Below are positions 13,201 to 25,100 of a stretch of DNA of 64,000 nucleotides, piece by piece. The translations under genes and the position numbers were made by a program. Within the stretch, counting starts at the first letter, position 1, and each line of letters opens with the position of its first letter. The stretch is from assembly GCA_964035545.1 (NCBI GenBank), contig OZ037766.1, forward strand, positions 32,354,773 to 32,418,772, given 5' to 3'. This DNA comes from Bugula neritina. Lineage: Eukaryota; Animalia; Bryozoa. The notes beneath the pieces were generated by a model. That model saw nothing but the letters and a program-made list of their open reading frames with translations. It made no database searches and was not told the origin of the DNA.

Positions 13201-14379
13201 TGACGTCTGCAATGAAGACAGACAGTAATATTATAAATGGTGGTCCAAAGACTACGGTATAATATTGGAAAACACTTAGGCTATCATAAAGTTTGACGAG
13301 TGCCACCATAATTAAAAAAAACTTAAAATTCTCAAAAACATGAACCGTTTTGAATAAATTAGACTTGAAGTTACTAAAATAATTATTGCAATAAAATGTT
13401 AGTTTGTAATCGTCTGGACAGGTTACCACTGAAGACTTTATGAGTTTCTTTGTGCAGATTAGATATGGCAATTCTAGCAGCCAGAACGGCAAAGTCGGGG
13501 TGTTTGGTTGCCATGGTAGCACAGATCTCTGCAGCCAGATTGTCTAGTTCTATAGTGCTCACTCCTGGGTAGAGGCCATTGATCACCTTCATGGTGACTT
13601 GTGCCTACATAACACATTAAGTGGGAATTTAGACTTAGATTTAGCCACATCAACACTTTCTGGCTATTTATATAAATATTCGACAATCTTTTAGCATGAA
13701 AAAGAGTGACTTGAAATATGATCAGTGCATGGAGTTGAAGTTATTTAGTCTCATTGAATACAATTATATGCAACAACTAGTAGATTAAATATAATAATAT
13801 ATACAACAATTTATATAAGAATATATGAAAATACAATAAGAACTCACAGGGTCCACAAAGTCCAAATTGAGGCCATAGCAAAGCTTCGACACTCTACTTG
13901 TAATTTTATCAAACATGACATTTTCATGTCGACCATCTGCAAATGAAAATCCAAAATATATAAATAAATGAATGTAAACACATATATTTATAACATTCTT
14001 TATTTCTTGCTTTTCAACTATAGCATTAGCAGCCACCCTGACCACTGTTACACTCACACTGACACTCATTGCTAGTATTAGCTAATAGTAATTAGGTAAA
14101 ATAACAAAATCCTAGCCCAACATGAACATTTACTTTTAGACTTAGGGTTAGTAAGAGTAAGACTAAGAGTAAGACTAAGACTAAGAGTAAGACTAAGACT
14201 CTCACTCTTAATAACTGTAAGAGTAAGACTAAGAGTCTAACTCTAAAAGTCTTTGAGTTATCAGTTAGTCTTACTCTTCGAGTTACTTTAATTGTTAAGG
14301 TCACACTCACAGCCACTGTGAGTAGCACAGTATATATCTACACTTTCTATGTCTACAAACCTCTTTTAGTCACATACAT
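7209..14379 (-). CDS. RRM1: Ribonucleoside-diphosphate reductase large subunit, 18 exons: 14379-14361, 13936-13848, 13604-13427, 13206-13106, 12739-12640, 12369-12128, 11943-11881, 11634-11472, 11211-11049, 10557-10507, 10352-10202, 9997-9848, 9547-9326, 8951-8736, 8372-8277, 8048-7860, 7593-7507, 7334-7209 (2406 nt, ~801 aa)
   Basis: ATP-cone start [21 protein letters not shown], then [71 protein letters not shown] and the C-terminal CMMCSG redox pair. GT-AG introns with consistent phases. Confidence 0.97.
8381..8722. repeat. 23-bp tandem repeat, ~15 units, filling almost all of RRM1 intron 14
   Basis: Unit TAGCAGACGTATGAGTATACAAC. Confidence 0.92.
9605..9851 (-). repeat. 21-bp tandem repeat, ~12 units, spanning the RRM1 exon 12 5' splice site
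   Basis: Minus-strand unit AGAA|GTAAGTATGTATCTACT. The true donor is at 9847. Copies decay with distance from the exon. Confidence 0.92.
10353..10440 (-). repeat. Triplicated 3' splice site of RRM1 exon 11
   Basis: Minus-strand TGTTATCTGCAG occurs three times; the functional one ends at 10353. Confidence 0.7.
11214..11357 (-). repeat. 22-bp repeat of the polypyrimidine tract ending at the RRM1 exon 9 acceptor, ~6.5 units
   Basis: Minus-strand unit TTACCCTCTGTCCTTCACTGCA. Only the last copy continues with G to complete AG. Confidence 0.88.
11649..11779. repeat. 17-bp tandem repeat in RRM1 intron 7 next to the exon 8 acceptor
   Basis: Unit GAGTTACAATACTATAC. Confidence 0.8.
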
Positions 14380-14489
14380 GACGAAAATCACCAGTATATA
14401 TCTTAATGCAAGAATAAACTTTAATAATTCGGTGCTTCAACACCAAGATTCACTAATCTTGTAAAGTTTCTAATATCAATAACAAAGGT

Positions 14490-14563
14490 ACCGCCAGAAA
14501 TTTCCCGCGGTATTGATTATCCAATGAACACGACGGAGAAAAGATTGCAAATTTGGTAATTGG
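14490..14563. promoter_or_regulatory. E2F site(s) plus CCAAT boxes in the RRM1 promoter
   Basis: TTTCCCGC (E2F consensus TTTSSCGC) at 14501-14508 abuts an inverted E2F-like CCGCCAGAAA at 14491-14500. CCAAT is at 14521 and ATTGG at 14559. The sites lie 110-185 bp upstream of the RRM1 ATG; RRM1 is a known E2F target in animals. Confidence 0.65.
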
Positions 14564-16110
14564 AATAGCGTGTTTGCTAGTAGGTCCCGATAAATAATAC
14601 TACAAAAATACTGTGAGGATCTACAACTATGTTTATGTATTGCCAGTAATGTGTCTTTTAATTGGTTAATTATTTCTTAAATCAAGTAATCGAGATGCAG
14701 CAAAGAGTTGTAGTAACTTCCTAGTCAGATGTCACATTGCCTTGAATACGAAAATAAACAATTTCCTACTGGCAATTACAGTAAGATTGTCTAAAACATT
14801 TTCTATTCATTTACATTATCGACGTGCAATTTCACTCTTACTCTGAAATAATTACTTACTCTTATCTTAAATTTTTGGCTATAGTTTGGGTTTAATTATA
14901 TTTATAAATATAATAGTCATAATGATAATCTGAATCATAATGATAATCATAATGTCAATGGTAATGATAATCATTATCAATATCATAATATTCATTATCA
15001 TAATTAAAATTTATAATCATTATGATTATCATTATCACTAATCATTATGAATTATCTGATTATCATAGACATAATGATAATCATAGTTATAATCATTATC
15101 ATAATGAATATGAGTTAATCATAATGATAATCATAATGCCAATGGTAATACTAATAGTAATACTAATAACATTGGTATGTTCATGTTGAACTTGATCATC
15201 ATCATGATGATGGTGATCATAATGATAATCAAATTCGATGATGATGATCATGATGATGAGGGAAAGTTGATCACCATGGTTCATGAAATTTAAATTGAGT
15301 ATAATAATTTATAATATTAATAATATCAATATCAATATAAATATCATTATGATCATCGGTATCTGTCACTATCACTATGAGTATGAGTATGACTATGATA
15401 GTGACACTGACTATGATAATCATTGCATACTTCATTAATTAATGGTATCCACATATTGATAATGATAGTAATTGTCAATATCAATATGATCATGATGTAA
15501 TGGATAATATAGAGTTAGTGACTATTACTGATAGTAATACTATAACTCTAAGTCTATAAGCTTTTATTTTAAGTTTAACTTGAGTTTTTACTTTAGTTTC
15601 AGTTTTTCTTTTACATTCAGGTACAGTAATTAGCAACTCTGTTATTGTATTTATGAATTTTAGTTTGGACTGTTGATTAAAATGCCTTGAAAACAACTTT
15701 TTTTAGACTTCTCATCTAAATTATTTTTTCTAAAAGTATCCTATCAAGTGACACTCAACAATTTGAGTAAAAGATTTGTTTTTTCCCCCTAATAAATAGT
15801 TTAATGCAGCTTTATTCAACTTCAACTGCAATACATATATAATGCTTATTATTAAGATTGCCTTTGATTATTGATTATTGACTATAGTTATTAGTATTTT
15901 CTACAAATCCAGCTGTACACATAGCTCCATACTGAAGTTCACCCTTTTGAGTTAACAAAATATCAAGACTTGTTGATTTCACTTGTTATTATTTGGGATT
16001 TTACAGTAAGCTGGCTCTGCAGTTAGAACAGCTCTCTCTGTTTTAGTATGGACTTTGTACTCTGATGCTACAACCCACTGCAGGACCGTAATCATAGCCT
16101 TTCGCGGGGT

Positions 16111-19100
16111 ATGTCTGTTCCACCCCTAGTGCCCCCCAAAAAGTCGAAGAAACCACCTGCCAGAGAGCCACTCCCTCTTCACAACAAGTATGCTATTTAT
16201 TTATTGCATTACAATGTTTGCTTTTCCATAGTATAGGTTTGTGTCTGATGAGTATTTATTTACTAAAATGTAGGACCTTCAAAAGTTTACAAATGATGTT
16301 AGCCAGAAGATGCAGTTTTTTTTAGCAACGAGTCAGTGTTGCAAAAATAAGGTTTTTGTCCTTTTTTCCAAATGTGAGTCACGAGTGTTTCCCTATGAAC
16401 TACCAGGGAAGACAGCAGGGAAAAGGAACAGCTGACCAAAAGCAGTAAACCGGTTCCCAATGTTGAGATTATACTTTAAATGTTTGAAAGCTGCCAACTT
16501 CTACACCTGAGTTTTTCAGTCAGTGAAATTTTATCAGGGCTGGAAAAGTTATTTTAGCTGAGGTTTAGGTCTCGTGGTGTTTTATGGCATTATACAGGCA
16601 GCTTTTTGAGTTATTGTGGGCTGTTTACACTTCTCAACACATTATTATAGTAGTAGTAGAGTTGAAGTGAGTCACGCTTGAGCACTTGTATAGTAAAATA
16701 CCAGCTTAGTACTACCAGCCAATCATCATAAGACTTTGCTATCTGGCAACACCTCTAGTAGGAATTCACTGCAAATAAGTAGTTTGACACCCTTCAGGGT
16801 TGTGGGGAAACACTCCAGTGTACAGCTTCCAAGTTGGTAGACGACTTTTAGATAGTGTGAGTCAACTTGCATTCACAATTGTTAGAATTGAAAGTGTTTG
16901 GCACGACCCCATTTCTAATCCCAGTTGACAATTTAGAATAACCCATGATCCCTTGCTTATACTGCGGCTGGATCAGTACCCACCCCTAGTATAGCTACAT
17001 TAAAGACCTCAGCCTCATACTATCAGCATATAGAATGGCAGCTATCTAAACCCTATTATATCTGCTGTAAAGATAGTATTGTTGTGAAGCAACTAACTGC
17101 TATTGTTCACTGCTTGTACTGATCATACAGTAGTGTTATATATGATGTAAAAGTTAGGGCTGTAGATCTCATGTAGAGTGTGATTTCATGTCAGTATAGT
17201 ATGTAAGGTGGGGTTGGAATCACACCCCTCCCCCCATCCAATATGTAGTAAGACTTATACCTACTAGTAAAATATCTCAGAGATGTGGCACTGTTGGCAA
17301 CTTGCCTTTACTAACCAGCAAAGAATAAAATATACACCTATTTATTGTCCAGAACTGTTATGATATAGTAGGTCTAGTGTAGCAGTGCAACTTAATACCC
17401 CTTTCCTTGTATTGCTATCATATTATAGTTACATTATGATATATTATATTGCTATTATCTTATACTTGCATTTTATTGTAATATTATATTGTTTAAACCT
17501 GACTCTTCTGTTGAATATTCAGTGAGGAGGTCGTTGCTCAAGCAGCCAATCAGGTTACAGTCGCAATGAGCTCTACAAGTGAAGAGAACATGACTCACAG
17601 CATGGTGGACAGCATAGCCTCAGTTCCCTCCCACCAGTCAGCTGGTGTCAGTGGCGGGGAGACAGCGGATCTAATGACTACCAGCCTGCCTTCCCTCCCC
17701 AGTCAGCTGACCTCCAAGCCGACCCCTAAACCAAGGCCCTCTGTACGCAGACTTGCACCCACCCCGTCTGTGAGGAGGGTGGCTCCAGCTCCAGTACCCA
17801 GGCCAAGGGAACCTTTGCAGACGTCAATCTCAGGTGGGTTTGTCTATACTCTATATCAACACTACAGTAGTGTTAGTCAATGTGATAGTAATAACTACAG
17901 TGTTGTTAGTCAATGTCATAGTAATAACTACAGTAGTGTTGTTAGTCAATGTGATAGTACTAACTACAGTAGTGTTGTTATTCAATGTGATAGTAATAAC
18001 TACAGTAGTGTTAGTCAATGTGATAGTAATAACTACAGTGTTGTTAGTCAATGTGATAGTACTAACTACAGTAGTGTTGTTATTCAATGTGATAGTAATA
18101 ACTGCAGTAGTGTTCGTCAATGTGATAGTAATAACTACAGTAGTGTTAGTCAATGTGATAGTAATCACTACAGAAGTGTTGTTAGTAGTCAAGTACGGCA
18201 CATCTACCTCATGGCCTCATAAGTAACGCTGACTCACTCACTTCTCACTAACATGAGATAATATAATGCCATAGACTAGCAGCATAGTATATAGAACTAG
18301 TAGTATATAGTATCAGTATCATACTAAGCATATAAGTATATCATAGCATATATATTTCTCAGATAAATAGTATGCTAAATGTAGCTTGACATTCCTTTCA
18401 TTGAATGGTTACATTATTTTGGCTTTTAATTTCCTGATTTCCATAAATTTTATTGGTTTTATGGTGAGCCATTAATTTATTACTACCAACTCACTTTAGT
18501 GACACTCACCATCAGCTTAGTGATGAATTACTGCACCTATCAAACTGACCTCTTACTGGGTTACTGAAGGTGAAGGTCAAACTCATTGTGATGGTTATGG
18601 GCAGACTAATACCAAGATAGCCTCTTTGGTGTAGCTCAGTATGAGTCACGCGGTGGTGTCGGCTGCACCCATATTTCACGTCTTCTGCACTCACACAGTG
18701 TATATTCATAGCCCCCATGTACTGGTTCACTCCTTCTGCGTGCCATCAAGTACTTATCTTACTGTCACAGAATTATCACTCCCTCAGTTACTATTTCTAA
18801 GGAACTGAACTTCTAAAAGAAGGCATGGAGTGAGTCAATCGAGTGTATACCCGTATTATCCACCCACCATGCCCACCAATTCACTTGCCCACCATTTCAC
18901 TTGCCCACCATTTGACTTGTCCACCAATTCACATACTCACCATTTCTGCTAGAGTTTCAGCAACCACCCCTGCTTGACTGTAATTGTTCTGTATATTATA
19001 TTCATATGATGTGTGCAATAAAGTCGTATCTGATGCATCATATTTGCAGGTAAAATAAATCACTTGAAGCTTAAAACTCTTCACAGAGTAAGGAGTTTGA

Positions 19101-22100
19101 ATAAAGGGAATCATTTGATTTCAGTTTTCTTTCACTACATGTTGTAAAGTAAATATATTGCCAATCAAAGCCTTGACTTATCACAATCCAAATGTTTCTC
19201 TATGCACTAGCAGATAAGATGTAACATGGCCATTACTTCCTTCTTCTCCTTGGCATTTCCTTAGACACGAATTATTCCATGTTTTGGTTACAATTAAACA
19301 TAATGAGAACAAGTCACCATTTCCACAGGATCAGTGTATGACTGCTAATATAGCTTGCGTTTTTGTCATAAGGCTAACATGGTGGGGGCGGCCTCCACCC
19401 CCTTCCCACATGGTCACAAGTATGAGAAACTTGTAGCTCTACTCTGCTGGTTCCCTAAACGGTTTAGAACTTAGTCTACCATCTAGTGTTGCTTGTTATT
19501 TGATCTTTTCAACAGTTGCTTCAACAGTTGCTATCTAATAAGCTGTAATTACCCAACCTAAAAGTGGGAATAACCCAGTCAGGCATGCCTAACTATAACC
19601 TTCTCTTGTAGACCAAGCAGTCTCAGCAGAGGATAGTTTAGCAGAATCCCCTCCCCAGGACAGTGTTGGGGTGAACCTTCCAGCTGCCCAACTTTCTAAC
19701 TCACCCCAAGAAAACTCTGATGCACCTGAAACCCCAGTTTTACCAGAAGATCCCCCGTCGTACAATCAGCTGGAGGAAGAAGAACTGTATATGAACATAT
19801 TAGTGTCGAGTAAACTGGACTCTAATGCTACCCCTCCACCGGAAGTACCACAGAGGCCTGCTGTTACACAGTGCACTAAGTCACCTTCCCAACCCTCCAT
19901 TAGTTTGCCTTCAGTTTCATCTCAACTTCTCAGTGAATCAGCACACAGTCACACAGTATCCGGTACTGCGTTACCTGACAATGTCGTGTTACCTGACAAT
20001 GTCGTGTCACCTGACAATGTCGTGTTACCTGACAATGTCGTGTTACCTGACAATGCCCCTCCTGGACTAGTTGTAGATACCAGTGTTGCCCCTCCTACAA
20101 ACAGCAGTTCATCAGTTAAGGATATCAGTCTGGCAGCGGGTGATGCTGACCTAGCTAAAGTTCTCCCTGAAGACATATATGTTAATACACTCGACAACGA
20201 CCCTACTCCACCTGCTGTCTTCCCGCCCTCAGATGTTTCCTCTGCTTCGACTGCTGCCGTAACTCCCTCATCTACTTCTACTATACCTGCTGCTGCCGTA
20301 ACCCCCTCAGCTGCCTCTACTATTGCTGCTGCTACCCCCTCACTGGCCTCTAGTATATCTGCTGCCGCTCCACCAGCCTCTCTCTCATCACCAACAGCAG
20401 AGACAGACGCTGTGTATGGGAATATAACTCCTACAGACTCAACTCTCAATTCTCTTCACCAAAGTAAGATACTATATAGTATATATTACTGTATAATATG
20501 CTAAGAGTAAGATACTATATAGTATATATTACTATATAGTATGCTAAAAGTAAGATACTATATAGTATATATTACTATATAGTATGCTAAAAGTAAGATA
20601 CTATATAGTATATATTACTATATAATATGCTAAGAGTAAGATACTATATAATATATATTACTGTATAATATGCTAAGAGTAAGATACTATATAGTATATA
20701 TTACTATATAGTATGCTAAAAGTAAGATACTATATAGTATATATTACTATATAATATGCTAAGAGTAAGATACTATATAATATATATTACTGTATAATAT
20801 GCTAAGAGTAAGATACTATATAGTATATATTACTATATAGTATGCTAAAAGTAAGATACTATATAGTATATATTACTATATAATATGCTAAGAGTAAGAT
20901 ACTATATAGTATATATTACTATATAGTATGCTAAAAGTAAGATACTATATAGTATATATTACTATATAATATGCTAAGAGTAAGATACTATATAATATAT
21001 ATTACTGTATAATATGCTAAGAGTAAGATACTATATAGTATATATTACTATATAGTATGCTAAAAGTAAGATACTATATAGTATATATTACTATATAATA
21101 TGCTAAGAGTAAGATACTATATAATATATATTACTGTATAATATGCTAAGAGTAAGATACTATATAGTATATATTACTATATAGTATGCTAAAAGTAAGA
21201 TACTATATAGTATATATTACTATATAATATGCTAAGAGTAAGATACTATATAATATATATTACTGTATAATATGCTAAGAGTAAGATACTATATAGTATA
21301 TATTACTATATAGTATGCTAAAAGTAAGATACTATATAGTATATATTACTATATAATATGCTAAGAGTAAGATACTATATAATATATATTACTGTATAAT
21401 ATGCTAAGAGTAAGATACTATATAGTATATATTACTATATAGTATGCTAAAAGTAAGATACTATATAGTATATATTACTATATAATATGCTAAGAGTAAG
21501 ATACTATATAGTATATATTACTATATAATATGCTAAGAGTAAGATCCTATAAAGTATATATACTATACTATATATTATGTTGCTATTAGATGTTCCTCCA
21601 GTTAAAGAAGTGGTAGAAAGTTAATGGTAAAATATACCAGACATGAAACTAGCTCTGTGATTGGTGAATAGAAAGCTTTAGATGCATGAAAATAGACACA
21701 TTATTGTGGAGCATCCAGTGATTGTAGACCAGAAGGATATGATTTTAGTTTTAGAGTGTATATTGATAGTATATTAGGGCATGTGCTCTACACTGTTGTA
21801 CTTACTCTACACTGTTATACTGTAGCTGTAGTACTGTACTGTACACCGTTGTACTCTACACTGTTATACTTACTCTACACTGTTATACTGTAGCTGTAGT
21901 ACTGTACTGTACACCGTTGTACTCTACACTGTTATACTTACTCTACACTGTTATACTGTAGCTGTAGTACTGTACTGTACACCGTTGTACTCTACACTGT
22001 TATACTTACTCTACACTGTTATACTGTAGCTGTAGTACTGTACTGTACACCGTTGTACTGTATCATAGATATGAGAGGATTCCCTATACCGCCAGTGCCG

Positions 22101-25100
22101 AGTGACCCTGTGACACCCCTCACCCCCCTCTCTAGGGAGTCACTGACGCTGCTCGACCCTACAGAGTACATGTCGCTGTGGGAACTCCAGTCAGCCTCTG
22201 GAAGCATGTCTACTGCTAGCATTGGTGACGTTTCTAGTTAGCTATAACTACTGTGTGCTGTATGCCCCCCCCCCCTTGTGGGGTGTAGCACCAGGGTACC
22301 CTAAAGTACCCTGGTGCTAGGGTCCTATCTCTGTGAAGTACCCTAGCATCGGGTTTTTATTTCTATTGATCAGTGTTTATCATTTGCTTTTATAAGCTCA
22401 ACCTGTTGATTCATTGAAAGTTGAACTTGACAAAAACTCAAAGAAGCTGAGCTAATTAAACTATTTAATTAGCAGTTTTTGGTTGGTATGTTAGTGACTG
22501 ACCATGTGTTTTCATTAAAACAGGAAATGGTGTCAGTACTAGCGCCCCCTCTAACCTGCAGTCTGTATCAACTGACTCGCCAAACACTTCTACAAGTTCC
22601 AAGAGAGTTGGACCACCCATACCACCCCGTCTAGCCGAGACCACGCCCACTGTTGAGAAGATACCTCCCCCAAGGGTTGCAGAAGACAGACCATCTGCTA
22701 TTGAATTTACATTCCCAACTGGTGAGTCTGGTGAAGATCATAGCAGCTTTTACTTATAAGTGAATTTCATATTCGCATTCTAGATTATAATCGCCTGCAA
22801 TGATTTATTTGCAGTGTAATTTTTGGCTATGAAAATAATTTATATTTTGTTATCTCATTTCACGTGATATTTTCTCTGATGACAATGCCAAGAAAATTAA
22901 ATGTGAATATTGGAGCAATTACAAGCGTGAGTGAGTGAGTGGGTGAGTGAGTGAGTGAGTGAGTGAGTGAGTGAGTGAGTGAGCGAGTGAGCGAGTGAGT
23001 GAGTGAGCGAGCGAGTGAGTGAGTGAGCGAGTGAGTGTGTGAGTGAGCAAGCCAGTGAGTGAGAGTGAGTCAGAGTGAGTGAGTTAGTGAGTGATAGAGT
23101 GAGTGAGTCAGAGTGAGTGAGTCAGAATGAGTGAGTGAGTGAGTTAGTGAGTGAGTGAGTGAGTGAGTGTGTGAGCGAGTGAGTGAGTGAGCGAGTGAGT
23201 GAGCGAGTGAGTGAGTGAGTGAGTGAACGGGCATATTTCTGATCAGCACAGCAATTTGCTGCTACTGCCGCTGTCTGTCTGTCTGTCCATGCTACTTCCT
23301 GCCACAGATAAACAGATCAATCAATATTAGAGTGCAGTTTGTGAAACTTCTTATCTATTTCATAATGTAACAGCTTTGAAAACTTATCAGCCATATTAGC
23401 TCTATAACGTAATATTTTTGTTATGTAAAGCTGTAAGTGATAGACATGAATCAATAGTATATTTTAACAAAAACAATGTAGAAACAGTCTTATAAATATC
23501 ATGAATAGCTGAATTCAACTCTGTTTCATTCTTATTTTTCTTTCGTTGGTTTAAATAAAAAAGTTTCAATTTAAAAAAATGTCTTCAAAAACCTAGTCGG
23601 TCGTAGGAGTTATGTTTTCAGAAAATGCACTATAAAGTAATATAGTAGTAGTAACTGAAATGTGCAGGTATATATTGATATTCAGTTTCACTATTGTCAT
23701 ACTGTTGGGCCTATTGTCACACAATAACCACAACATAAAATAATTAGCTAGTCCGGAGTTTTATTTGAAAATTGTGAATTTGCCTTCCCTGGATAGTTGT
23801 AAGAAAATGTTGACAATAGCTTGTAGTTAAATGAAAAAATCAAATACTAGTGATTAACTATAAAACACTTCTGTGGCTACACTTGGTTATCGTTGTAACC
23901 GAAAGGCTTTAGTTAGGGACGTGTAGCCTACACCTCCAACCGATGCTAAATATGAATGCTAACAACTTGGGCAATATTGAAACTACAAGTAGTAGACCTT
24001 CTTCTATTTGTTACTTGTTAGACCTTGACACGTGTGCCCTGACAATAGTTGACTGCAGGACAGTTTTACTTCCTTGTACATCTCAGTCGGTCTATTGATG
24101 CAGCAGCGTTTAGTTATGACACAATAGCAGCCGTATTCAGTATGAGTCATGCAATGCTATTAGTATTGTTATCAGTATCACTTCTGTATGCTGTATTAGT
24201 ACAATGCAAATTGTGTAACTTCTATAGTCTATACAATATAATATAATATACCTACTAGGTCATTCTATGGAAATGCTCACCCTCTAGTAGCAAGTATTGT
24301 CTATAGAGTACCTTATTCAGTAAATTCAGAGTTATCTTTCTTTAATTTTTTTAATCGGCTCAGAATATAAATTATCATTTTACAATTTTAGCAATCTTAG
24401 TTTCATTTTTCAAGTAATTTTAATTTTCTCTGCCTGAAAGCGTGTTCTGTACGATTTTTACAGTTGGAGAAAGTGTCTTCTTGCAGCACTCGATTGGGAA
24501 TTTTAAAACTGCATTATCGGTTGCCCCCAACCAAGAACCATAAATGGAATATAAGAAACAACGCTAAAACTGCTAAGGCTATCAACATGATTTGTGTTGT
24601 ACATGTCCAGATAGCTGTAACTTACTCACTCTTATCTCATTACTTACTCTGTTATTTATACTCTTGTAGTTGAGAACTGGTATTCAGCCCCTGAGATGGT
24701 ATGTTATTCCCATTATATTACTTTATCAGCTCTCTACTCTAGCTAATAGATGAAAACTAACTTCCCTTTCTTCTGAGTGTTCAATTCAGTGTTCAAACTC
24801 CAACTGTCAACTTAACTTAGCTCATGCAAACTTCTAAAACTGTCTTGTATTTGCCAATGTACTGTACTACAATGCAATGTACTGCAATGTAATGTACTGC
24901 ACTACAATACAATGTACTGCAATACAATACAATGTACTGCACTACAATACAATGTACTGCAATACAATGTACTGCAATACAATACACTAAAATGCAATAG
25001 GTAGCAGATGTATGTCCATAAAAATACTTTTTGATGAATGTGATAGCATAGCTACACGTACTTGTACTGTGCACTTGTTCAATTCTCTTGTTTTATTTTT

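Noticed and set aside
2191-14379. PGK-RRM1 adjacency as a functional cluster or viral insert
   Set aside because: Both are ordinary intron-rich host genes in convergent orientation, and no viral hallmark genes are present.
15099-15284. His/Asp-rich ORF
   Set aside because: It is a by-product of an (ATG/ATC)n low-complexity tract.
20461-21575. CRISPR-like regular arrays (also 4373, 32917, 39212)
   Set aside because: Units are head-to-tail with no unique spacers, there are no cas genes, and the context is a eukaryotic intron.
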